DNA of 64,000 bases, taken from positions 185,228 to 249,227 of the forward strand of contig OZ246416.1 in assembly GCA_965231095.1 (NCBI GenBank). Direction: 5' to 3'. Within the stretch, counting starts at the first letter, position 1. Every line of letters starts with the position of its first letter. The notes beneath the pieces were generated by a model, which had not been told where the DNA came from, did no database searches, and saw only the letters and a list, made by a program, of their open reading frames with translations. The stretch comes from an uncultured Gammaproteobacteria bacterium (GTDB lineage Bacteria; Patescibacteriota; Patescibacteriia; XYB2-FULL-38-15). Of the stretch, positions 26,502 through 36,656 are shown piece after piece. The translations under genes and the position numbers were made by a program.

Positions 26502-28148
26502 ATGCCAATGAACTATGTTGCCAAGCTTCAAAGCAAAGTTACTGAAAACGTCGATGACGGCCGTGAACAGGATGCAACAACTTGGAACGGCAACGGCAAT
26601 ACCAGCAACGTAATTACTCTCGGTAACGTGAGCGGTTCCGTGTATTCTGGCGCATTTCGTTTCCGCAATCTCAGTATTCCGCGAAACTCAAAGATTGTTC
26701 TGGCCCGGCTGAAAATCAGACCATCGGTCACGGACGGCGCAGACCCGGATGTGAAGCTCATTGTAAAAGGAATAAAAGAGTCGGATACAAAACCATTCAC
26801 TCAAACCTCGCGTCCCAGCCAGAGAACAAAAACAGTAAACACTGTCGCCTGGCACATCATCAAGAAATGGGAAGTCCACGAATGGACGCAGACACCGAAC
26901 CTCAAACTGATCATTGAAGAAATCGTTGCCCAAAACGGATGGAAGCCGGGCAATGCCCTCGCCTTAACAATAGAAGACAACGGATCTTCCTCGAACCAGG
27001 CCGAAACTTGCTATGACCGGAGCAAGGGCGACGGCTATCAGGCCGAAATTGAAGTCTGGTACACGACAAAAAATGTAAGCATCGGCACTATCGCTGGCAC
27101 TGACCGCGATGGAATGGAAACGGATAAGACCACATGGCAGTCGAGTCCGACCGGCAACGTGATAACTGTCGGTGATGATGGGCCATCGGTAAATGACGGC
27201 AGCTTTATATTCAGCTCGCTCGCCATCCCTCGATACGCAAACATCATCGGCGCGTACCTTCTGCTTACACAGGCAGATCAGAACAACCGATTTCCGCATC
27301 TCATCATTAAAGGGTTTGCAGAAGATGATGCTCCGGTGTTTGCCAGCAACGGATCAAACCGGCCATCGACTCGGCAGAAAACAAATGCACTGGCTGAATG
27401 GACTATCGGGGAAACAGTGGCTGGAGTCTTTGTCGGCATTCATTGGTCAGCCAATAGCGTGTATGAATCGCCCGACCTGCGCGAGATCGTGCAAGAGATC
27501 GTAGACCGCGAAGGCTGGACGACATCAAGCAAGCTGGGCCTTGTCTTGGAAAGCCAATCATCCTGGGACGGCCAATACAAACTGCCCTGGGACTATGTGA
27601 AAAACTCCGGTGAATTCGCGGCAAAACTCGTGGTCGTGTGGGACACGCTCCGCACATTCCGATCAACGAAAAAAGATATTGCGAAATTCGACAAATCAAA
27701 TTACCCGGAATTTATTATCGTGCATCACTCGGCGACACCGCGCGACTCGACACACTTCAGCACAATAAAAAATAACCACATAGGAATCGGCTGGGGGGAC
27801 ATCGCTTACCACCATTGGATTGCAGGAGCGTTAGACGGCATCGGCGTACACATTGCGGGTCGTCCGGAAAACAAGATCGGAGCTCACGCCGATACGCAAA
27901 AAATGAACTACCGTTCTGTCGGCATAGCAATGTGCGGAGATTTCCATCCATCAAGCGGAAACGAACAGCCAACCGCAGAACAGCTAGCCACCCTCCAAAC
28001 ACTTCTCGACACGATTAGAAAAGAACGAGGCATCCCAAAAGAGCGGGTACTCGGACATCGGGAAACTCCAGATTCCACTGATTGTCCTGGCGACAATTTA
28101 CTCGAGTACGTAAAACGATATCGAACAACCGGAAAGCTTCTTCCCTAA
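26502..28148 (+). CDS. phage tail/virion protein with two tandem ~180-aa domains and a C-terminal N-acetylmuramoyl-L-alanine amidase (amidase_2/PGRP) domain
   Basis: Internal duplication: TWNGNGNTSNVITLGNVSGSVYSGAFRFRNLSIPR aligns with TWQSSPTGNVITVGDDGPSVNDGSFIFSSLAIPR, and NLKLIIEEIVAQNGW aligns with DLREIVQEIVDREGW. C-terminal amidase_2 motifs: FIIVHHSAT, GWGDIAYHHWI, GAHADT, LGHRETPDSTDCPG. Confidence 0.55.
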   Translation: MPMNYVAKLQSKVTENVDDGREQDATTWNGNGNTSNVITLGNVSGSVYSGAFRFRNLSIPRNSKIVLARLKIRPSVTDGADPDVKLIVKGIKESDTKPFTQTSRPSQRTKTVNTVAWHIIKKWEVHEWTQTPNLKLIIEEIVAQNGWKPGNALALTIEDNGSSSNQAETCYDRSKGDGYQAEIEVWYTTKNVSIGTIAGTDRDGMETDKTTWQSSPTGNVITVGDDGPSVNDGSFIFSSLAIPRYANIIGAYLLLTQADQNNRFPHLIIKGFAEDDAPVFASNGSNRPSTRQKTNALAEWTIGETVAGVFVGIHWSANSVYESPDLREIVQEIVDREGWTTSSKLGLVLESQSSWDGQYKLPWDYVKNSGEFAAKLVVVWDTLRTFRSTKKDIAKFDKSNYPEFIIVHHSATPRDSTHFSTIKNNHIGIGWGDIAYHHWIAGALDGIGVHIAGRPENKIGAHADTQKMNYRSVGIAMCGDFHPSSGNEQPTAEQLATLQTLLDTIRKERGIPKERVLGHRETPDSTDCPGDNLLEYVKRYRTTGKLLP

Positions 28149-28152
28149 TACC

Positions 28153-28800
28153 ATGCAACTACAAGAATTCCTACAAGACCTCAACGCACGAATGTCGGCG
28201 GCCAAGACCACCGGGTTTTGGAGTGAAGTCGATAAAAAAAGATGGATTAATAAATCCATTATTCGGGCATGCAACTTTGCCAAATGGAACTTTCTCAACC
28301 ACCACTCAACTCAGCTGACCGAGAAAGATATCGAGGCTTACTTCAACCCCTTCGACTACAAGCCGGGCGGAATGATGTTCATCAAAGTCGACGGCCAAGA
28401 GCATGCAAAAACGAGCGTTGAAAATTATCAAAGTGGAAATCATGTGTGGGAGCGGGTGTTCTGCATTCTTGGCGACCAGTACCTGATCAAGCCCACGCCG
28501 CTTGAAGACGGAAAACTCATCGACATCTACTACCGCAGGCGTCCGATTCCGCTGGTGAATGACACAGACGAACCGATCACCCCTGAGGAAATGGAAGAAG
28601 CGATCATCAAGCTGGCTCTCGGCATCTGTCTAAAGAAAGAACCGAACCGAAGCTCAGATGCGGACAAGCAGATTCTGGAAGCGACCGCAATTCTTCAGCA
28701 AATAAAAGACCGCCAAGACGAGGAAGGTGGAGAGGCCGGATTCACCGGGCAGGCAACAAGCTCGCGCTTTCTCTACAAGAACAGTAATCCGCAGGATTAA
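28153..28800 (+). CDS. phage structural protein (215 aa)
   Basis: It starts 5 nt after the upstream stop. No motif was recognised. Confidence 0.35.
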   Translation: MQLQEFLQDLNARMSAAKTTGFWSEVDKKRWINKSIIRACNFAKWNFLNHHSTQLTEKDIEAYFNPFDYKPGGMMFIKVDGQEHAKTSVENYQSGNHVWERVFCILGDQYLIKPTPLEDGKLIDIYYRRRPIPLVNDTDEPITPEEMEEAIIKLALGICLKKEPNRSSDADKQILEATAILQQIKDRQDEEGGEAGFTGQATSSRFLYKNSNPQD

Positions 28801-28805
28801 AAACT

Positions 28806-30248
28806 ATGGCACTTAATGCATACAGAATAAAAGGTTTCCGCGGAGGTATCGCAGACGATGCCTATAAGGGCGTGGCTGGTGCGTTCAGGTTCGGCTATGG
28901 CCTCGACATTCGAAATGGCGCGGACACTCTGAAGTGCAATCAAGCGCTTGAAAAAGATTCGGGGAGTGTCGTCACTGACCTTATTCTGTTTTTCGTGCCA
29001 GCTTCCAACGGCAAATTGTACGGCTTCGGCAACACCGGAAATATCTACAGCAAAGATACACCCGCATCAGCATGGGTGCTGAGATACACCGACCCCGACG
29101 GCAAGATCATGGGCGCATCTGAGTACACCAATAACAACGGGTCCGGAAGCTACGTGCCGTATCTCTATTGGGCAACCGAGACAAAGCTCAAACGTATTCC
29201 GTTCTCCGGCTCGTTTCCAGGAGGCGTGGAAACATTCGGCACATTAAACGGCGATCCCGCATGGCACACCATGACGATAGCGGTTGGCGTTCTCCAGATT
29301 TGCGACGGCCGATACATCGCACTGGTGGATTATGAAGGCAACTTCAACAATCAAGCACTCGATCTTATCGCGGGCAACCGCACCAAAACTTTACTGCCTC
29401 AGGACCAGATCGCGATTATCGGTTCGACCAAAGGCGACAAGATCGAAGAAGGCTGGCTGTGGACATGGGACAAGCAGCAACCCTCATGGATTCTCCGCCG
29501 AATGATCGCAGAAAAAGGAGTGAACGCGATGATCCAAACTGACTTCATTATGGTGCAGGCAGGCATCAGCGGGGGACTCTACTACTGGGACACGGTAAAC
29601 ATTTTGCGTTTCAAAGCATTCCCCGGCGGCGGATGGGTAAACCCCGGAGCGGCAGCCAACCTTAAAGGCGTAGCTCTAATGGGGGTAACGGGCTCAGATA
29701 AATGCGGACTGTATTCCTACGGACGGCTAAGCAAAAACGAACCTTATTCGATGAACCTCGAATATGTTCCCTCACACGGCAAACTCACCGGCGTTGAAAT
29801 TGGCGCAGTGACGGTATACGGAGATCAGCCCTTCGCATCGTGGAAAGACGGATCAACTTACGGCGTGGATACAGTCGATCCCGACAACAAAGCCGACGCA
29901 CGATATGAGGGACTGGTCTTCGATGCTGGCGAACCGGAATTACAAAAAGGCTTCCGTCACATCAAGCTTCTGACCAAACCCCTACCTTCTCAGTGCTGGC
30001 TAAAAACTTATTACCGCATTAATGAGCAGGGTGAATGGAAGCAGGCATACCTCGAAGACGGAGCGGATAGCTTCGACAAAGAAGGCAATACCAAAGTCGT
30101 GTTCACGGTCGAAACCGGAGACGAGGAGGAAGAAGAAAAAGGCAAAGGCGAAACATTCGAACTGGCGTTTGATTTACACCCCTCAGGGAATAACACGCCA
30201 GAGATTGTCGCCGCAAGCACCTACTTCGAGCCAATAGGAATCTTATAA
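28806..30248 (+). CDS. phage structural/tail protein (480 aa)
   Basis: A large beta-rich ORF in the tail region with an acidic C-terminal stretch GDEEEEEKGKGE. Confidence 0.4.
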   Translation: MALNAYRIKGFRGGIADDAYKGVAGAFRFGYGLDIRNGADTLKCNQALEKDSGSVVTDLILFFVPASNGKLYGFGNTGNIYSKDTPASAWVLRYTDPDGKIMGASEYTNNNGSGSYVPYLYWATETKLKRIPFSGSFPGGVETFGTLNGDPAWHTMTIAVGVLQICDGRYIALVDYEGNFNNQALDLIAGNRTKTLLPQDQIAIIGSTKGDKIEEGWLWTWDKQQPSWILRRMIAEKGVNAMIQTDFIMVQAGISGGLYYWDTVNILRFKAFPGGGWVNPGAAANLKGVALMGVTGSDKCGLYSYGRLSKNEPYSMNLEYVPSHGKLTGVEIGAVTVYGDQPFASWKDGSTYGVDTVDPDNKADARYEGLVFDAGEPELQKGFRHIKLLTKPLPSQCWLKTYYRINEQGEWKQAYLEDGADSFDKEGNTKVVFTVETGDEEEEEKGKGETFELAFDLHPSGNNTPEIVAASTYFEPIGIL

Positions 30249-30252
30249 AGCT

Positions 30253-31362
30253 ATGAGCGAATTCTTGCAAAAAATATTCGGCAACCAAGAAGTGGACGAT
30301 CAGCCATTTCCGGAAGTTCCGCCGCACACCCACGACGGACAGAATTCGCCATTGCTCGCACCGGCATCGATTGATTCCGTACAGATCAAGTCCGGAGCGA
30401 TTGGAACTCTTGCCCTGGCTGACGATTCGGTCAGCTCGGCAAAAATAATTGATCAAGCCATCCTTACCGAGCATCTTGATGCGCTAGCAGTTACTGAACA
30501 GAAACTCGCAAATGCTGCGGTGGCCACGGCTAAAATAAAAAACGGCTCGGTTACCGCATCAAAATTAATCCAAACTGAAGCAGTCGTGACCCTGTCTGCG
30601 CAGATAGAAGACGCCGTGATCATATCGGCTCATGTCGGCACGGGAGTAATTCAAAACGCGCATCTCGGCAATGCCATCGTCACCAACGCGAAAATAGTTG
30701 ATGGAACAATCCAGACAGCCAAAATCGGAGATGCGCAAATCACCTCGGTAAAGATCGGAGCGGCGGAAGTAAAAAACGCCAATATCGAAAACTTGGCCGT
30801 AAGCGCTGCAAAGATTCAAGACTTGGCAGTCACCAACGCAAAGATAGGCAACCTCGCGGTCGACGACGCCAAGATCGGCAGCGTCAGTGCGACCAAGATC
30901 ACGGCTGGGCAAATCAACCTGACTTCGACCGGATATCTTTCCACCCCATATGGCGGCATAAGGATCGGCTATCTCCGCGACATAGGAGGGACACCGATTT
31001 ACGGCATTCAGGCGGGGCCGGGCCACGGGTTAATGCTCGACGACGGCGCAAACGGATATGCCCGAATGTGGGTCGATACTTCGGGCAACCGGCCGCTTGT
31101 CATAGACACAACCATCAACGACCGCATCTTCTTCAAAGCATCGAGCGGAAACGACATCCTGCGCCTCTACGGGAACAACGCAATTTCGGGAGGCTTCGTC
31201 GATGTCCAAACATCGTTTCGAATCGGAACAAATGAACCAGCCAGCCCTGCAAACGGCGAGATGTACTACGATCCCAGTCCGAGCGGAATGGGGTCGGGCG
31301 GACGCCTCATGATTTACAACGGGTTCAGCTGGCATGCAGTCGCTTGGTTCGATGACATCTAA
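30253..31362 (+). CDS. tail fiber-like protein with periodic ~11-residue repeats
   Basis: The central region is built of the repeating unit x-A-K-I-x-x-x-x-[IV]-x-x (NAKIVDGTIQTAKIGDAQITSVKIGAAEVKNANIENLAVSAAKIQDLAVTNAKIGNLAVDDAKIG). This suggests a beta-helical fibre. Confidence 0.45.
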   Translation: MSEFLQKIFGNQEVDDQPFPEVPPHTHDGQNSPLLAPASIDSVQIKSGAIGTLALADDSVSSAKIIDQAILTEHLDALAVTEQKLANAAVATAKIKNGSVTASKLIQTEAVVTLSAQIEDAVIISAHVGTGVIQNAHLGNAIVTNAKIVDGTIQTAKIGDAQITSVKIGAAEVKNANIENLAVSAAKIQDLAVTNAKIGNLAVDDAKIGSVSATKITAGQINLTSTGYLSTPYGGIRIGYLRDIGGTPIYGIQAGPGHGLMLDDGANGYARMWVDTSGNRPLVIDTTINDRIFFKASSGNDILRLYGNNAISGGFVDVQTSFRIGTNEPASPANGEMYYDPSPSGMGSGGRLMIYNGFSWHAVAWFDDI

Positions 31363-31405
31363 CAATAAAAGGTCGATCAATTAAAAATCAATTGGCATCC
31401 ATACC

Positions 31406-31618
31406 ATGTTTACAAAAAAATTAGACAAAACAGACCTCGAAGAACTCCGCAAACGGCAGGAGCTTATTCATCAGCACCAGCTCATAACGCAGGCTTTAGA
31501 AGTGCAAAAACAGCAATACATCATGAGTCGCTTTCCCAAGTACAGACTCGATCCGAACAGAAAGTATGACATTGACTTGAAAACTGGCCGGATCACGGAA
31601 GCCAAACCAAATATATAA
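31406..31618 (+). CDS. small phage protein (70 aa)
   Basis: Compact ORF between the fibre gene and the next structural gene. Confidence 0.3.
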   Translation: MFTKKLDKTDLEELRKRQELIHQHQLITQALEVQKQQYIMSRFPKYRLDPNRKYDIDLKTGRITEAKPNI

Positions 31619-31622
31619 ATCT

Positions 31623-32723
31623 ATGGCTATTGACTGGACACAATTTGAAAAGCAGTTTGCGGATCTTCGCAAAAGCTTCGCCAAGCCGACATCGGCAAAC
31701 GCACCGGATGGAACAGACTCGGCCGGCAGCTACGATTTGTCGTCTCTTCAGACTCAGATCGGCACGGCTCAGCAAAAATTGGATTCAGCGCAGAGCGCGC
31801 TCAAGAATTATTACACGACCCGCTACGATCAAGAGTACAACACGCGCGGCCTTGGGGACATTAAAACAAAAATCGCAAATCTAGATTCAAAAATTGCGGG
31901 TGAAAAAGGAACTCGCGACGAATCAATCAGCAAGACCCGACGTAATCCGTACTATTCGGCGGCAACAATTACCGGCGAGTCTTCGGAGATTGAACGGCTG
32001 GCAAATTCTACGATCAATAACTATGTGGACGAGCGAAACAGTCTTGCGGGGGAATACAACAGCACGCTCGACGAAGTAACCAAAAAGGTGGCGGCTGAGA
32101 CGGGTGAAAAAGAGCGCGAAGTCGACGAGCTTAAATACAACCTGGCCAGTCTGACAAAGCAGATGAGCGATTACAAAGACACTCTTCGCAGCGAACTAGA
32201 CCGCGAGAGCGACGATCAGCATTGGGAGGCGGAATTTATGCTCAAGCTCCAGGAGGCCGACCAGCGGGCAAAAGAAGCCTCTAACGGCGGAAGTGATAAT
32301 AGTACGGCCGGTGAGCGATTTTCGGCCCGAATAGGGCAGGGTTTGGAGCCAGACGCCTCCTTAAGAGCCACGGCTGAACGCTTGATGAGCCAAGGCATCA
32401 ATGATCCGACTCGATTGGGCTATAGCGGCGACTTGGCCGTTCAGCTTGAATCTGAAATTGCATACCTCAGAAAACAGTCCCCTGAAAAAGCGTCAGATCC
32501 GGCCCAGGCATCCGGCACGACTGCTGAGAGCACTTTCAGACGAGAAGTCCGCGACGCTTGGAAAGAAGGATACAACGCTGAACAACTGAAGCAGGTATAT
32601 GGAGGCGTACAGTTTACTGATTCAAAGAAGTCGGCCTCGGAAATAATTGACGACGAATGGCGAATTAAAACCGCGGGAGGCGTTGGCGGATTCCTCGGAC
32701 GACTCTTCCGTATTGGAGTCTAA
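31623..32723 (+). CDS. phage protein, coiled-coil rich (366 aa)
   Basis: It starts 5 nt after the upstream stop and is mostly helical and charged. Confidence 0.35.
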   Translation: MAIDWTQFEKQFADLRKSFAKPTSANAPDGTDSAGSYDLSSLQTQIGTAQQKLDSAQSALKNYYTTRYDQEYNTRGLGDIKTKIANLDSKIAGEKGTRDESISKTRRNPYYSAATITGESSEIERLANSTINNYVDERNSLAGEYNSTLDEVTKKVAAETGEKEREVDELKYNLASLTKQMSDYKDTLRSELDRESDDQHWEAEFMLKLQEADQRAKEASNGGSDNSTAGERFSARIGQGLEPDASLRATAERLMSQGINDPTRLGYSGDLAVQLESEIAYLRKQSPEKASDPAQASGTTAESTFRREVRDAWKEGYNAEQLKQVYGGVQFTDSKKSASEIIDDEWRIKTAGGVGGFLGRLFRIGV

Positions 32724-32730
32724 AACTACT

Positions 32731-35700
32731 ATGAATTTCTGGAACAAAATAACATCACCCTTCAAGAAAGCGGCCGAGAAAACAAAAAAGACTATCGGCG
32801 ACTTTTTCGCACCCGTACCTGACCAAGTACGCGTGCGTGACTTTGTGCGCGAGTTACCGGGGGCAACGAAGACAGTCGGAACGGCGGTCTTGAATTTTGG
32901 CAAAGACGTTCTTCGTGCTCCCAATCGCGCAGCGGCTTCGGCGATGCTCTCGCTTCAGGATCAGAAAGAATTTATACCTGGCACAGGAGTGGCTCCGAAG
33001 CTAGAAAAGTTCCTTATGGGCGATAAGCCTATTAAGGACATACGCGGAACCGGAGAAGAAACAATTAAAACATTCGGTGGCAGCGAGAAAGCTTCAAAGA
33101 AGTATGGGCTGCCGCTCGGTTTTGCGTTGACCGCACTTGATATCGTCCCCGGCATCCCAAAAAAGAAAGTGGCGGAAGAACTCGGTGAACAACTCATCAA
33201 AAGATACGGCGATGACGTTGCTAAGCTGATTGTAGAAAAAGGCGGGAAGAAACTTGCCGAACAAGCTATTAAAGAAGGCGGAGAAAAGCTCGTAGAAAAA
33301 GCAGGCATCGCCATTGCTAAAGAAGCGAAGCCGATCACGGAAGCGGTGAAGACCGCGGAAGAAGTTATCAAATCAGTGAAGCCAGTCAACTACATTGAGA
33401 AAGAAGGGCGCAACCTGATGGAATTTGAAAATGCCGATCTGTCTTTGCCTGAGCTTAAACGAAAATTGGAAATAGCAGTTGAAGGCAAAGAGGGCGACGA
33501 ATTGTTGGGCTTAATGAAAAAGGATATTGAAAAAAGAGAATCAGAACTTATTGATCTGGCAAAAAAAGACAAAGGGGTATCGGATCAAGGCGAAGAATTT
33601 ATAAAAGCCCGCGAACAGGCGATCAAAGAGATTGAAGCAGGCACGCCCACCAATCGCACTTCGGCGGCGGAAGGCGCATTGGATAGCGTCAATTCAAAAG
33701 GACACCCTGTTATAAAGGCAGGAAAGAAAGTAGCGCCGCCAAAACCAAGGGCTGATGAGCTTACGCCTCCGCCCCCAACCCCTCCTCGCATACCCACCGA
33801 GGTGCCGTTATCAGGAGTTCCGGATTCCCCGAAAGGGAGTGCGCTGGAAGCTATTGATGGCATGGTCGGAAAAACCAATACGCCAAAGAATTTGCTCGAG
33901 TGGATAAAAGGCGCACCAAAAAAATTCACCGAAGCATTCAGCGATCGCTTTGCACCAATCAAACGGTTCGAAGAAATGGTGAGTGACATGGCTGGAAAGC
34001 CCATCGATATCAACTCAAGTGCATACACCGCGGCGCGAATGTACGCGGGACGCATGGGGACGGTGGAGTCGTTCTTAAACGATCTGCAAAAAGTCATCTC
34101 GCCATTAAGAAAAGAACGCGCCGACTTCACGCGCTTTGTTTTGTCGCGCCGGGCTCTTGAACGAGCCGAGCGCGGATTCGCCAACCCCGCGGGAGTCACG
34201 GCCGATACAGCAAAACAAGCAATGGACGAGCTGAAAACAAAAGTTGGTCCCGGCATCTTCAAGCAATTCGAAGCGGCAGAACAGGCGATACAAAAATGGG
34301 CGGACGAAGCAATTCTTAAACCGGCTGCAGAATCAGGACTCATATCGAAACAGGCATACGGTTCGATCGTAGCAAAAAATAAACACTGGATTCCTTTTCA
34401 AGTCCTTGATTATTTACCAGACTCCGCATTTGTGGACAGTTTGCCGAAAGGCGGCGAGATCTTCTCGGTAAGTAAGCAGGGCATAGTAAGAGGACTCGAA
34501 GGCACAGAGAAAATAATCCGCGATCCGTTCGAGGCCATCATCGACAAACTATCCAATGCGGTAAATCTTGCCAAGCGCAACGACGTAGCCCGCAAGCTCA
34601 TCAACATACGCGAGGTGTTGCCAGAAGCCAAAGAGCTTATACAGCCGCTGACTAAAGATGCGCGCGTGCCGAAAGGTTGGGGTTCCATCAGCGTATTCGT
34701 GGATGGAAAGAACACGAAATGGGTTGTGCCCGAAGAACTCTCTTGGGCGATGCATCAGATGAACGAGGTCGAAGCTGGCATGCTGGGAAACTTTGTAAAG
34801 TTCACTTCCGGTGCATTCAGGAAAGGAGCGACCACACTATATATACCGTTCTCGCTTTCCAATGCAGTGCGTGATGCACAGATGGCAGTCATGACTTCGA
34901 AGTACGGATTCAATCCGGCCGACTGGGTCAGTGGCTTTGCCCAGGGTCTCAAGGGGGCATTCGGCTGGGATTCAAAACTGCTTGAAGAATTCAGTCGCAA
35001 CGGCGGAGGTTTCGGCGGATTTATTCAGGGGGCACGCGAGATCAGCGGCGTAAAAAAACAACTGTTTGAACCCGCATGGTGGAAGCGAACCAAAGCGGTC
35101 GTCAACCCCTTCAATCTTATAAGCAATTTTGCTGAAGCCATAGAGCTCGCGCCTCGCCTTGGAGTGTACAAGCGCGCGCTGAAGGGGGGAGCAACCGGCT
35201 TCGAGGCAGCATTTGAAGCCCGCAACGCTACAATTGATTTTGCCAAAGCCGGTCAAGAGATGCGAATCATAAATATGTGGGTGCCGTTTGTGAATGCGCG
35301 ATGGCAGGCACTGCTCAACACGGCCCGCGTGTTTAAAGAAAGTCCCGTCAAAGCCTCGGCAAAAGCGGGCGCATTGATCGTTGCGCCAGGCGTGACGACT
35401 TACTTCTGGAACTCCCTGAATTTTCCAGACCTGTATGAAGACGTGCCGCGCTGGATTAAAGATACCTATTTCCCAATCATTGTCGGCGAAGAAAAGGATG
35501 ATCAAGGCAATCGCGTGCCTAAGATGGTATTGATTCCAAAAGGCGACGTCGGACAGATCTTCTACAACCCGATCGAGTACGCCCTCGACTATGTCCGCAA
35601 AGGCGAACCGAGCAACTTCAGCAAGCTCGCATTGGAATGGATGAGCCAACTGGCCCCGATCCCATTCACGCGTGACGGCGAACTATCGGTGACCCAATTC

Positions 35701-36447
35701 CTTTCCGGAGCAATGCCTCCGATTCTGCGTACTCCAATCGAGCTTGCCACTAACCAATCATTCTTCACCGGAGGCCCGATTGTTCCGAGACGCCTTGAAC
35801 AAGTTTCGCCAACCGAGCAGTACGACGAAAAAACACCGCAGGCGGCGGTGGTCGTAGGTCGAGCGCTCGGTGTCTCGCCAATGAAGATGGCCTATGGGCT
35901 TGGCGGCCTCCTTGGAGGTTTCGGCCGTGAAGCAATAGACCCGGCAAAAATTCTGCAAAGCACCGCCAGCCGATTCTACCGATCCGCCGGAGGCGAGAAG
36001 CGAAACCAAGCATGGAACCTGAAAGACGAAGCGGTGGTCGGATATAGCACCGCGCGCGAGCAGGCTAAGCGGGCGATTGAGGAGAACGATATAAAAACTG
36101 CGACGGCAATCATTGAAAACTGGAACGCATCAGCGGAAAAAATATTGCCGGACATTCTGCCATACCTCGCTCAAGATGATCCGCAGGAAGCGCAAAAAAT
36201 AAGTTCGTCGGTGACATTTCAACCGCAAGACATTGCCCGGCTGCAAAGGTCGGTCTACGACGAACAAGTCGGGGAAGCGGAACGAAAAGGAACAACGCCC
36301 CAGCTTAATCCGAAGCTGACGAAAGACAGTCTCCGCTCAATTCGCACAGGCAAAGAAGACCCGCTCGCAACGATCGGACAAATGTTCCCGACTGAGCAAC
36401 TTCAGCAGACAGACCTGAAGCAGATGAGGCAGGGATTACGGCAATGA
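32731..36447 (+). CDS. large virion protein (1238 aa), possibly an internal/ejection or tail-associated protein
   Basis: The ATG at 32731 (MNFWNKITSPFKK) follows the upstream stop. It contains a Pro-rich linker PPPPTPPRIPTEVP and Gly-rich segments. It is not uniformly helical like a classical tape measure. Confidence 0.45.
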   Translation: MNFWNKITSPFKKAAEKTKKTIGDFFAPVPDQVRVRDFVRELPGATKTVGTAVLNFGKDVLRAPNRAAASAMLSLQDQKEFIPGTGVAPKLEKFLMGDKPIKDIRGTGEETIKTFGGSEKASKKYGLPLGFALTALDIVPGIPKKKVAEELGEQLIKRYGDDVAKLIVEKGGKKLAEQAIKEGGEKLVEKAGIAIAKEAKPITEAVKTAEEVIKSVKPVNYIEKEGRNLMEFENADLSLPELKRKLEIAVEGKEGDELLGLMKKDIEKRESELIDLAKKDKGVSDQGEEFIKAREQAIKEIEAGTPTNRTSAAEGALDSVNSKGHPVIKAGKKVAPPKPRADELTPPPPTPPRIPTEVPLSGVPDSPKGSALEAIDGMVGKTNTPKNLLEWIKGAPKKFTEAFSDRFAPIKRFEEMVSDMAGKPIDINSSAYTAARMYAGRMGTVESFLNDLQKVISPLRKERADFTRFVLSRRALERAERGFANPAGVTADTAKQAMDELKTKVGPGIFKQFEAAEQAIQKWADEAILKPAAESGLISKQAYGSIVAKNKHWIPFQVLDYLPDSAFVDSLPKGGEIFSVSKQGIVRGLEGTEKIIRDPFEAIIDKLSNAVNLAKRNDVARKLINIREVLPEAKELIQPLTKDARVPKGWGSISVFVDGKNTKWVVPEELSWAMHQMNEVEAGMLGNFVKFTSGAFRKGATTLYIPFSLSNAVRDAQMAVMTSKYGFNPADWVSGFAQGLKGAFGWDSKLLEEFSRNGGGFGGFIQGAREISGVKKQLFEPAWWKRTKAVVNPFNLISNFAEAIELAPRLGVYKRALKGGATGFEAAFEARNATIDFAKAGQEMRIINMWVPFVNARWQALLNTARVFKESPVKASAKAGALIVAPGVTTYFWNSLNFPDLYEDVPRWIKDTYFPIIVGEEKDDQGNRVPKMVLIPKGDVGQIFYNPIEYALDYVRKGEPSNFSKLALEWMSQLAPIPFTRDGELSVTQFLSGAMPPILRTPIELATNQSFFTGGPIVPRRLEQVSPTEQYDEKTPQAAVVVGRALGVSPMKMAYGLGGLLGGFGREAIDPAKILQSTASRFYRSAGGEKRNQAWNLKDEAVVGYSTAREQAKRAIEENDIKTATAIIENWNASAEKILPDILPYLAQDDPQEAQKISSSVTFQPQDIARLQRSVYDEQVGEAERKGTTPQLNPKLTKDSLRSIRTGKEDPLATIGQMFPTEQLQQTDLKQMRQGLRQ

Positions 36448-36609
36448 AGACTTCGGCTCAATCTGCCGGCGCATTTCCCGGAGCTTGTCTGACTGAACAG
36501 TGTCTCGCACCATCGGGCCGAAATTCAACCATAGATAAAGCCCGATGCCGAGACTCACCACCGCAAGCACCGCGACTAGCGCAAATAATCTTTTTTGAGC
36601 TGTAGACAT
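36436..36609 (-). CDS. small single-TM protein on the opposite strand (57 aa)
   Basis: Minus-strand ORF MSTAQKRLFALVAVLAVVSLGIGLYLWLNF... with an AAGGG Shine-Dalgarno-like sequence 6 nt upstream. It is convergent with the large gene and their stops overlap. Confidence 0.2.
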   Translation of the reverse strand: MSTAQKRLFALVAVLAVVSLGIGLYLWLNFGPMVRDTVQSDKLREMRRQIEPKSSLP

Positions 36610-36656
36610 AGACCCTTGTGTTGTAGCTTACACTCGGCTCAAAAAGCAAATCCGTT

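Noticed and set aside
30600-30900. Possible CRISPR-like repeat array
   Set aside because: The periodicity is an in-frame ~33-nt protein repeat inside the tail-fibre gene. The repeats are imperfect with no spacer structure. No CRISPR array or cas operon is present in the window, and the Cas4-like gene is part of a non-CRISPR module.
33585-34343. 252-aa minus-strand ORF antisense to the 1238-aa virion gene (similarly 34972..35649 -, 32961..33389 -)
   Set aside because: Ala/Ser-rich low-complexity translations entirely inside a well-supported + strand gene. No start context.
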